Notes under the pieces: model-generated
The model's database searches: none
Seen by the model: the letters and a program-made list of their open reading frames with translations, nothing else
Told to the model about the DNA's origin: nothing
Assembly: GCA_009103225.1 (NCBI GenBank)
Contig: RHPI01003261.1
Location: forward strand, 124,001-188,000
Source of the DNA: Chlorokybus atmophyticus
Lineage: Eukaryota; Plantae; Mesostigma and Chlorokybus algae
Direction: 5' to 3'
Length of the DNA stretch: 64,000 nt
Translations under genes and position numbers: made by a program
In this document: one piece after another, positions 38,789-49,061 of the stretch
How the letters are laid out: every line of letters begins with the position of its first letter
Position numbering within the stretch: the first letter of the stretch is position 1

Positions 38789-39314
38789 TGTAACGGGAGC
38801 AATAATAATAGGGGTATTATTGCTACCTGAATAACACATTTTGTATGAATAAGTATTTAAATATGCTTATTTATACCTCTTTTCTACGGTTCCTCGCTTA
38901 TTAAAGGCTATGATGCTTTATCATAGCTTAAATAAGTCCCAATGGGTGTAGAACCGCGTATTCAAGCCTATTTAGTGTCACATTTGATATAATGTGATCA
39001 CTATCTCGTTAGGTACCTTACGATAGGTATCTTTGGATAGGTACCTTATCAATAGGTACCTTATCTGAGCTGTGATTGGCTCACGCTAGATTTCCTAACT
39101 ACCCTATCTGTAGGGTCGATGTCTAGTTGTGAGTTAATTATCGAGAGTTATATAGTTGATATACTCTTGATATAAAAAGTCACATCAATCTGATGTGGGG
39201 ACTTTCAGTTCTCTGCTCAGTGGCGGCCACGCCGTTGAAAGGCTTGTCATAGGCGGTGTGGGTGTTGGGGTAGAGGATTGAAGGGGCATCACCGGCGACG
39301 GTGGTGCTGTTACA
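38789..39314 (+). repeat. 5' LTR
   Basis: TG...CA ends with 6-bp inverted termini; ATTGG (CCAAT) and TATAAAAA inside; by my reading differs from the 3' LTR at 2 positions. Confidence 0.97.
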
Positions 39315-39315
39315 T

Positions 39316-39330
39316 TGGTATCCAGGAGCT
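39316..39330 (+). promoter_or_regulatory. Primer-binding site, tRNA-Met-like but atypical
   Basis: TGGTATCCAGGAGCT, 1 nt after the 5' LTR; the first 7 nt match the initiator-Met PBS TGGTATC. Confidence 0.7.
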
Positions 39331-40328
39331 GGGGGGTGACGTGGGTACTTATAGGGGGCGGCGACCTGCTTTCGGCCAATCAGAAGCGTCGGCGGCGGCC
39401 TCCTATTCGTCCACGCAGCCCAAGCTTCAAGTTCGCTTCCCTGCGCTACCTCCACGTTGAAGCCACCTATCAAAGAGGCGGCCTCTCCACGTGTGAGGTA
39501 CCATCACACGTCGGTGACTTGCCTGCTTGCCTGCTTGTCAGCTGCTTGCCAGGTGCTTGCCAAGTGCACGTGTGTACTTTCATGCACATCACACAGTGGC
39601 TTGCCAGTGCACTATCATTGCTTGCAGTGATTGCCTGTCATTGCATGCGGTGATTGCGGCTTGCTAGTGTGCCATCACTGTTTGTCACACTTAGTGCACT
39701 GTCATTGCTTGCAGTGATTGCCTGTCATTGCATGCGGTGATTGCTTGTCATTGTGCTTGCCAGTGCATGTCACAGTTAGTCACCGTGCGGTTTGCCTGTT
39801 GCATGCCTGTGGCTTGCCTGTTGCATGCCTGTGACGTATCTGTGACCTGCCAGCAACTTTGCCGGGTCGTTTGACCCGGGTCCGTAAGTTCCAAACCAAA
39901 CTGTTCCCAAACCCTCCCCCTCTGGCTTCGGCCTGGAGATCGGGACTTGGTTAGGACAGTTGTGGGGAGGTTCTAGGACAATCTGTTCCCAAACCCTGTT
40001 AGTCTGAAACCCTCCCCCTCTGGCTTCGGCCTGGAGATTGGGACTTGGTTGAGGACAACACAGGGTTAGGACATTCTGATCCCACTCAGACTTGTTCTGT
40101 TTGGTGACACTCCAAATCCTTTTCTGATTTGAGACCGGTTTAGACTTTGTTTGGGACTTTTACAACTTGGGGTCATTTTGATCTTCTCGTTGAACCTGGT
40201 CCATTGGTGAGGTTCTCACCATCCCATTCTGCCTGTTGTACAGACAAATGGAAGAAAACTCGGTGCCCACCTAAAAAGGGGAGAGCTCAGAAAAAGAGCA
40301 ACTTTCCCCTGAGGAGGAATTTCCATCC

Positions 40329-41179
40329 ATGGAAGATATTCCGAATCCGGATGATGCACCTGATGAGTCTCAAGCTGCTAAAGCTGCGGAAGCTTCGGTG
40401 GATGATAGATCACCTTCTATATTCCCTGAGTTTTCTATTCGCATGACACAGCAGGACTTGATGGAGCATTTCCTTAGCACCTATGATCAGGACCCTCGTG
40501 AGGCAATTGTCTCATTTGTGAACTTTCTCTTCCTATTGGCAGAAAAAGTTTCAAAGCGCACCACCTTTATGGGGCGAGATTGGGAGGGGCAAATGAGTGA
40601 AGGCAAACGTGTTCTGAATATGATCGAGCATCTACAGCGTGCTGACGGTGGTCCACCTGTTCAAGCACTTGCTCGTCCTGCCGAGTTTGTTCCCAACAAG
40701 CAAGCGGCCATCTTCGACTGGCTTGTGAAGTTGCGACACTATGTCAACTCCCTTCACATTTCTGAGGAGGGGAAATTGCGTGTAGCTGAGTTGCTGATCC
40801 CAAGCGATGCTCTGGCAGAGTGGTACCGCCGTAAGCAACGGGATACAAACCTCGGGCGGGAAGTTAATCAGTTGTGCTTTTTCATGGAGAAGCGCTATGG
40901 TGGCGCAGATCCTGCCCAGGTTGCCCGCAACCAGCTACACAACCTGCGTCAGAACGGGCGTCCGGTTCAGCAGTATAACCAGGATTTTCAGTCGTTTGTC
41001 AGCAAGATCAATGCTGGCAAACTACCTATCAGTGATGCTGATCAGCTGGATATGTTCAGGCGTGGCTTGGACACAGATCTCGTGCAGCATGTGGCCGTCA
41101 ACCCCGCGAGTTTGCAAGAGTGGGCCTCGACGGATTTACCAATGCTGATGCAGATGGTTGCTGCTGTGGACAGTGTAAA
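40329..41179 (+). CDS. gag: Gag of the chromovirus (cut off by assembly gap)
   Basis: Retrotransposon-gag features AEWY, YGGADPAQVARNQLHNLRQNGRPVQQYNQDF (major homology region), MFRRGL. Confidence 0.88.
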
Positions 41180-42152
41180 NNNNNNNNNNNNNNNNNNNNN
41201 NNNNNNNNNNNNNNNNNNNNNNNNNNNNNNNNNNNNNNNNNNNNNNNNNNNNNNNNNNNNNNNNNNNNNNNNNNNNNNNNNNNNNNNNNNNNNNNNNNNN
41301 NNNNNNNNNNNNNNNNNNNNNNNNNNNNNNNNNNNNNNNNNNNNNNNNNNNNNNNNNNNNNNNNNNNNNNNNNNNNNNNNNNNNNNNNNNNNNNNNNNNN
41401 NNNNNNNNNNNNNNNNNNNNNNNNNNNNNNNNNNNNNNNNNNNNNNNNNNNNNNNNNNNNNNNNNNNNNNNNNNNNNNNNNNNNNNNNNNNNNNNNNNNN
41501 NNNNNNNNNNNNNNNNNNNNNNNNNNNNNNNNNNNNNNNNNNNNNNNNNNNNNNNNNNNNNNNNNNNNNNNNNNNNNNNNNNNNNNNNNNNNNNNNNNNN
41601 NNNNNNNNNNNNNNNNNNNNNNNNNNNNNNNNNNNNNNNNNNNNNNNNNNNNNNNNNNNNNNNNNNNNNNNNNNNNNNNNNNNNNNNNNNNNNNNNNNNN
41701 NNNNNNNNNNNNNNNNNNNNNNNNNNNNNNNNNNNNNNNNNNNNNNNNNNNNNNNNNNNNNNNNNNNNNNNNNNNNNNNNNNNNNNNNNNNNNNNNNNNN
41801 NNNNNNNNNNNNNNNNNNNNNNNNNNNNNNNNNNNNNNNNNNNNNNNNNNNNNNNNNNNNNNNNNNNNNNNNNNNNNNNNNNNNNNNNNNNNNNNNNNNN
41901 NNNNNNNNNNNNNNNNNNNNNNNNNNNNNNNNNNNNNNNNNNNNNNNNNNNNNNNNNNNNNNNNNNNNNNNNNNNNNNNNNNNNNNNNNNNNNNNNNNNN
42001 NNNNNNNNNNNNNNNNNNNNNNNNNNNNNNNNNNNNNNNNNNNNNNNNNNNNNNNNNNNNNNNNNNNNNNNNNNNNNNNNNNNNNNNNNNNNNNNNNNNN
42101 NNNNNNNNNNNNNNNNNNNNNNNNNNNNNNNNNNNNNNNNNNNNNNNNNNNN
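41180..42152. other. Assembly gap (973 N), expected to hide the end of gag and the protease
   Basis: N run between gag and RT; no protease motif visible elsewhere in the element. Confidence 0.9.
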
Positions 42153-42386
42153 GATGACAGACCATGTGCATATGAAAGCAGAAAGTTCATTCCTGCTGAA
42201 CGTAATTACACAACCACTGAGCAAGAATTGCTTGGGGTGGTGCACGCGCTGCGCACATGGCGTTGCTACTTGGAAGGGGTGGAGTTTTGAGTGATTACTG
42301 ATCACAACCCGCTCACATTCTTTCATACGCAACAAAATCTGTCGAGGCGGCAAGCTAGGTGGAATGAATTCATTTCTCGTTTCACT

Positions 42387-45036
42387 CAAAGAGTTATTGN
42401 ACAAAGGTTTAATAACAAAGAGCATATCTCCTTTTGGTGCACCAATTTTGTTCGTGCCAAAAAAGAATGGCAAGCTACGCATGTGTATTGATTACCGTGC
42501 GTTGAACAAGGTCACTGTGAAAAACAGATACCCTTTGCCTCGGATTGATGATTTGTTTGATAAGCTGTCAGGTGCAACAGTGTTCAGCACGCTGGATTTG
42601 ACCAGTGGTTATCATCAAATCAAAATCCACCCGTCGGATATACAAAAAACTGCATTTCGCACCCCACTAGGACACTTTGAGTATAAAGTGTTACCATTTG
42701 GGTTAACAAATGCACCGGCTACATTTCAGACAGCAATGAACGCGGTATTTGCTGATGAATTGTACAAGTTTGTACTGGTATATCTAGACGACATTATTGT
42801 GTTCAGCAAAACCCGGGAGGACCACCACAGGCATGTGGAATTGGTTCTAGCTAAGTTACGCGAACACAAATTCTATGCCAACCTGTCCAAATGCAACTTT
42901 GCAAAGGATGAACTAGCCTTTTTAGGGCATGTGATTGGCAAAGAAGGATTGAAACCAGATCCTCAAAAGGTGTGTGCGGTAAAGGATTGGCCACCACCCA
43001 AGGATGTACATCAGTTACGTGCTTTCTTGGGGCTAGCCAATTATTTCCGCAAGTTCATGCGAGCATATTCTGGCATGGCAAATCCTTTAACATCTTTACT
43101 AAGAAAAGATGTTAAATTTGTGTGGACGGAGGCACACGAGGTTGCTTTTACACGCATTAAAGATGCATTAACACAAGCCCCTGTGTTAGCCTTCCCCGAC
43201 CACACCAAGCCTTTTGTGGTGATCAGTGATGCTTCCACCATTGGGTGTGGGGCAGTCCTTCTACAGGATGACAGACCATGTGCATATGAAAGCAGAAAGT
43301 TCATTCCTGCTGAACGTAATTACACAACCACTGAGCAGGAATTGCTCGGGGTGGTGCACGCGCTGCGCACATGGCGTTGCTACTTGGAAGGGGTGGAGTT
43401 TTCAGTGATTACTGATCACAACCCGCTCACATTCTTTCATACGCAACAAAATCTGTCGAGGCGGCAAGCTAGGTGGAATGAATTCATTTCTCGTTTCACT
43501 TTCACTTGGCAATACCGTCCGGGTCGCACCAATGTGGCGGATCCACTAAGTCGCAGCCCTGCTCTTTTGGCACTTACGCGCTCTCGAAGTACGCGTAATG
43601 TACAACAGCCTGAAGATCCTTTCTTAAAGGAAGTGTCCACAGGTTATAACTCAGATGATTGGTTTAGCAGTCAAACCAACTTGCAACAGCTTACTGCTGT
43701 TAGCAATCTGTGGTATAAAGGGGAGCAGTTGGCAATTCCCAACTCGGGCGACTTGCGTAAGCAATGCTTACATTCAGTGCATGACCCGCCGTATGCTGGG
43801 CATTTGGGGAAACACAAAACACTCAAATCTGCGCAACAGTTATACTGGTGGCCGTCAATGTCAGCTGACGTGGATCAATATGTTCGCACATGTGACGTGT
43901 GTCAACGTAATAAGCCACTACGACAAAAACAAGCGGGATTGCTTAAACCATTGGCAATTCCAGAACAAAAGTGGGATAGTGTCAGTATGGATTTGATTAC
44001 TGACCTACCTGAAACAGCAGCTAAATACACTGCTATTGTGGTTTTTGTCGACCGTTTGACTAAAATGGTGCATTTTGCCCCGTGTTGCACAACTGTAAGT
44101 GCACGGGACTTGGCACACTTATTTGTGTCCACGGTCTTTCGCGTTCACGGTATACCGCGTGAACTTGTCACAGATCGTGATCCTCGTTTTGTCTCCAAGT
44201 TTTGGCGAGAAGTCTGTGAATTGTTGGGGGTAAAACAAAGCATGTCGACTGCTTTCCACCCGCAAACGGACGGTCAAACTGAGCGAGCAAATCAAATACT
44301 GGAAGAAATGCTTCGCCACTATGTGGCTCCTAATCATGCTGATTGGGACAGGTACTTGCCAATGGCAGAGTTCGCTGTGAACAACGCGTGGCAAGAAAGT
44401 GTAAAGGAAACCCCATTTTTCTTGAATTATGGGATTCGCCCAAACACACCAGCGTCATTGCGTGTACCTCGCAATGCCCTGACTGTGCCAGCGGCAAAGG
44501 AATTTGCCACTAATATGCAAGAAAATTTGGCTCGAGCCAAGCTGTGTCTGTCAGAAGCACAGGACAGGCAAAAAGCTTATGCTGATACACATCGAAAAAT
44601 GGCCACTTTCGATGTCGGCGATAAAGTTTTGCTTAATGCAAAAAACATAACCATCAAAGGTACGGGTGCTCGCAAGTTGCTGCCCCGATGGTTAGGTCCT
44701 TTCTCTATCACTGATAGAGTTGGTACGCACGCTTATCGACTGCAATTGCCCCCAAGTGTGCGTATACACAACGTGTTCCATGTAAACTTGTTGAAACCTT
44801 ACCGCTCAGACGGTAGAACACAGCCTCCACCACCGCCAGTTGAGGTGGACAGCGAGCTCGAATACGAGGTGGAAGCTATATTGAACCATAAGCTAAATGG
44901 TCGAGGACGCGCAACTCGCTATTTGGTGAAATGGAAAGGGTATGGCCCGGAACATAACAGTTGGGAGCCCGACAGGCATCTTACGCACTGCCGCGAGTTG
45001 CTTCGAGCTTATTGGGATTCATGTCCTGTCCCATAA
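42387..45036 (+). CDS. pol: Pol: reverse transcriptase, RNase H, integrase (HHCC, DDE, GPY/F) and C-terminal chromodomain
   Basis: SPFGAPILFVPKK, RMCIDYRALN, YPLPRIDDLF, LPFGLTNAPATFQ, VYLDDIIVFS; DASTIGCGAVL, EQELLGVV, TDHNPL; HDPPYAGH..CDVCQ, MDLITDLP, TDRDPRF, TDGQTERAN; PRWLGPF; EYEVEAILNH...YLVKWKGYGPEHNSWEP. No stop codons. Confidence 0.97.
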
Positions 45037-45170
45037 ACTGTGGGCTTGGTTTTATGACAGACTGGCAGTGCAGTTTCATTACCACCCTGTCATTTCCTGC
45101 TATCTCACTGGTTACAATTACTCGAAATCAAGCCTGATCAACTTGAGTTCAACGAGGACGTTGAAAACCC

Positions 45171-45183
45171 AAGTGGGGGGGAA
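45171..45183 (+). promoter_or_regulatory. Polypurine tract
   Basis: AAGTGGGGGGGAA directly before the 3' LTR. Confidence 0.9.
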
Positions 45184-45709
45184 TGTAACGGGAGCAATAA
45201 TAATAGGGGTATTATTGCTACCTGAATAACACATTTTGTATGAATAAGTATTTAAATATGCTTATTTATACCTCTTTTTTACGGTTCCTCGCTTATTAAA
45301 GGCTATGATGCTTTATCATAGCTTAAATAAGTCCCAATGGGTGTAGAACCGCGTATTCAAGCCTATTTAGTGTCACATTTGATATAATGTGATCACTATC
45401 TCGTTAGGTACCTTACGATAGGTATCTTTGGATAGGTACCTTATCGATAGGTACCTTATCTGAGCTGTGATTGGCTCACGCTAGATTTCCTAACTACCCT
45501 ATCTGTAGGGTCGATGTCTAGTTGTGAGTTAATTATCGAGAGTTATATAGTTGATATACTCTTGATATAAAAAGTCACATCAATCTGATGTGGGGACTTT
45601 CAGTTCTCTGCTCAGTGGCGGCCACGCCGTTGAAAGGCTTGTCATAGGCGGTGTGGGTGTTGGGGTAGAGGATTGAAGGGGCATCACCGGCGACGGTGGT
45701 GCTGTTACA
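45184..45709 (+). repeat. 3' LTR
   Basis: 526 bp, followed by TSD GCACA. Confidence 0.97.
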
Positions 45710-45930
45710 GCACATCTGCTGCTGAAGTACTACTTCACCACTAGTAGTGGCTAATAGTGGCTAGCCAGGCGGCGTGCGCGCGGGCGTCAATTGCCTTCTT
45801 CAAATCCTCGCCGCACTTGAGGGTACTTGCGCGTGGTGTAGGCCAACAACGCGGACATCATCGTCGCCACTGTAGGCGCTACACGTCTTCACGAAGATCG
45901 TGCCTTGCAAGTCGCTCATCGTTCAAGGTG
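45710..45930 (-). mobile_element. Upstream continuation of the CRE-like non-LTR remnant, split off by the LTR element
   Basis: Removing the LTR element and one TSD rejoins EDLKKAIDARAHAAWLA...ADVQRLQSAAATCA*ARLLAAPIRGETRMPASVYRTELC. This resembles the 'RL.S....AGAWL.A.P...LRM....FR' region that precedes the zinc finger in such elements. Confidence 0.5.
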
Positions 45931-47651
45931 AAGTTTAATCATAGATTATCCAATATCTTGGTTGGCAACCTTTGTTAGACGTCAGATAGAGCGCTGTTTG
46001 CTGTTTCTTTTTGGTTGAATATTGAAGCACTCATATACCATGTTTGAACATGTTGCCCAAAGTTTAGGTGAAAGCATGAAAGTGTTTGCAACGATCGCAA
46101 GGGATTGTTACAATATGGGCTCAGACCTATCAGTGCAATGAAGCATGCACAATTCCCTGCATAATGCCCCACAAGTACATACAAAGCATGACGATATCAG
46201 GTATCATGCTTGCAATCATGCTTAACGACACGCGCCTTAATGCAACCTTAACAGCCCCAATTTCGGTGGCAAATCACTTACACCTACACATGTTAAGGTC
46301 TGACAACAGCCACAAGGCCATCATGCAAAGCATGTGATGCATGTGGTAAGTCAACGAGCATGGATCCAACGCCGATACAATACTGGCAATATTGACTTGA
46401 CCTTTGAGTTATTATCATCTTGTAAATAAGAATGTTGTAACCATTCATTTATGATGATATATCATACAAGTAGATTACCACACTTCATATGATGCGTATT
46501 ATGGCGTGGTTGTGAAGGAATAATTGAGTGAGTTAGCCCAAGTTCTGTGCCTGCCAGTGTGCCAACAGTTGTGTTGGCGATGGAACGGTTTCATGCGTAC
46601 GCTATGCTGATAACGCGGGCAAAGTCAAGTGCTCCTCATGCTCTCGTCATCTTTGCTGTCGCTTTCGGCACTGCATGTGTTGTTCGATGGTGACGAGCAT
46701 CTCAGCATGTTGCTGCTTTTGCCTTAAGTCAACCAACCGTTGCACGTGGCGGTGCTCCTACCGTGAAGCCTGCATGCTGGCACGCATAGCTTAATCATGC
46801 GAGTGGTTGATGCTAGCTATAGGTGATATTGTTGGGAGTAGGTGGCTTGTGCTTGATTGCTATATGTGCTCCCCACGTAAGTATGTGCTTTGTTTTGCTG
46901 GCTTGCATCTTGGCACCTTTGCGTGCTTGTTACCTATATTACGGAGTTTTGCTTTTAGCAACTCTTGTGTACAGGAAATGGAAGGTATTAATGCAAGCAT
47001 GCAGTTTGCAGCCAGCAGTCCTTGCTACATGGCAGGCATGATCATGCAGCGGGCATGATCATGCACCAGTCATGGTAGTTGTACTAGCGCAACAACTATG
47101 CTCACATTAGTTTCACATATCCAACCACCGGGTCACGCACCTATGCTATCACACCTCTTCTACTACACCCCGTTAGACATGCATGCATGCATTTCAGTCC
47201 GTCACCTGCACGCATGTGCAGCCAGAAAGTCTTCAACTTCTCGGTGGCAGCAAGGAGCACGAGCAGCAGACGGACTCCCACTTCCACTCTCCCGTTCTCT
47301 TCACCCACACACCCACTCCCGCCGTCCCCCTGCAATCCCGCATCTTGTAACCCTCGTTGAGGGCCCCTTTGCCCCGCCCCTCTGCCCTGCCCCTCTGCTC
47401 CATCTCTCCCCCTCACGTCACCCTCGCTGCGCAGTGCGATTGTCAGCACTGCAGCGTGTACTGTCGCTGTGTCGTTGCTGGCAGTTAGGTGCTGCCGGTG
47501 GGGTTGGGTGGTGGGTTTGTGTTATGTGTAATGCTATGGACATATACAACACTAGAGAGATCATGGAATCCATGTTCATGTTGGTTGGCTACCAACTTCA
47601 CATTGGTAGCCCAACCAGGTAGCAGCCATTCCCGCTCGCAAGTGCTCATTA

Positions 47652-49061
47652 TCATCGCGACTTGGTAAACCACCATAGCATGACACCGAGGCACGCCCCG
47701 AGGGCAGCCGTGACGCCCCACACAAAGCGCTCTCTGCCAGCATTCATAGCAAGGAACTGTGCGCGCTCATTTGTGCAGGGGTAGGGTTTCTTTGTCCCGT
47801 CCCCGTATTCTGGCACGGGTATGCCGAGAAACCGGCACAGCGGCTCCCACCCTTCCTTTGCGTTGAACACCAGGAGCTTGCCCTCCGGCACACACGCCTT
47901 CACCTCCTCCACCCACCTCTTGTACACCGCCACCGCATGCCCATCCTCCTCAAACAGCCCGCCAAACAGCCTCGGATTCGACCACGCCACCTGATAAGAA
48001 CCCAACATTCAGCCTGTCCTTGTGCCACATGGTGCGCTCACATGATATTGAAACTCTGAATGCCAATGACTGCACATACCAGGTCCACCATGTGCATGAA
48101 GCGGCGGAGGGATGGCACAAGCGCAGTCATGGCTCTGGCCATGATGGAGCCGCCCTTGGTGAACTCGTAGATGGTAGACTTGGCGGATGCATACCACTGC
48201 TCAGGGCTGTCCCGCACTGTCAGGATGACCTATCGGCATGTACACTGTAGTGTTTTGGCTTGCGCAAGTATAATGTACAGGTGCATGCATTGCCTTGTGC
48301 AAATGCACCTGTTTGTTCATGATAATGTGCGTGCGCACATGTGCATGTACACGAGACACACAGAGACACATACAAAAAGCAGTGCAGACACACTGTGCAG
48401 ACACCGACTGCTTTGAAAGTATGCCACGATGTGGAATGCTGTCATTCTGCTCTGTGACTTGATAACCTTGGCGTTGGGGTACTGCTTCATCATCTGCTCG
48501 TAGTAAGCTGCCGACGGATGGTCGACGGCCGCCTTATATGCTGGCCTGCCCTTCTCCTCGGGCACAAATATCTTGTCGAAATCAAAGTCCTCGCCTGTGC
48601 GAACAACAACAAACAGCAACGAACATTACAACTCAACTTTGAATGAGGCAAGGCTGACGTACATGTCCGCCTGTGTACTGTTCTCTCATGCCTCCCCAGC
48701 TAGTACAGAGCCATGCAATGCATGTTGCACTCTACCCTCAACTCTCAACTTGTTTAACTTGCGCATTCATTGCACATTCAGTACAAATGTGCGGACAGTC
48801 ACGAGCACATGCACATGCACACTCTTATATGCGCACGTACCCCCACACGTACATGACGCAGAACAACACACTCACTTCGTTGCACATAAGATGCCTCACG
48901 TCACCTCTTTGTATCTGCTGCGCGCAGTCGATCCATTTCTGCGCGTCCCCGTATTGGTACACCTCGGCCATGTGGTAGCAAGGGTCGAAGCCCAGCTGCT
49001 CCAGCGCCGCCTTCAGCGACCTGGTGCCCGTGCGACCAAGACCAGCGCCGATCACCTCCAT
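47652..49061 (-). CDS. Sulfotransferase family protein, copy B
   Basis: MEVIGAGLGRTGTRSLKAALEQLGFDPCYHM, AAVDHPSAAYYE, VILTVRDSPEQWYAS, LLVFNAKEGWEPLCRFL; same three intron positions as copy A; TM tail GVTAALGACLGVMLWWFTKSR*. Confidence 0.9.

Larger units (their letters stand above)
38789..45709 (+). mobile_element. Full-length Ty3/gypsy LTR retrotransposon, chromovirus lineage
   Basis: 526-bp LTRs TGTAAC...GTTACA, 5-bp TSD GCACA (38784-38788 and 45710-45714), PBS, PPT, and gag plus RT-RNaseH-integrase-chromodomain order. Confidence 0.97.

Noticed and set aside
40329-42482. 653-aa and other ORFs spanning X runs
   Set aside because: Open only because of the N gap; only the gag part is real
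43041-44394. Short antisense and off-frame ORFs inside pol
   Set aside because: Shadows of the pol frame, with no motifs
47141-47449. Gly-rich, collagen-like minus ORF downstream of sulfotransferase B
   Set aside because: No true G-X-Y periodicity; explained by a C-rich low-complexity strand
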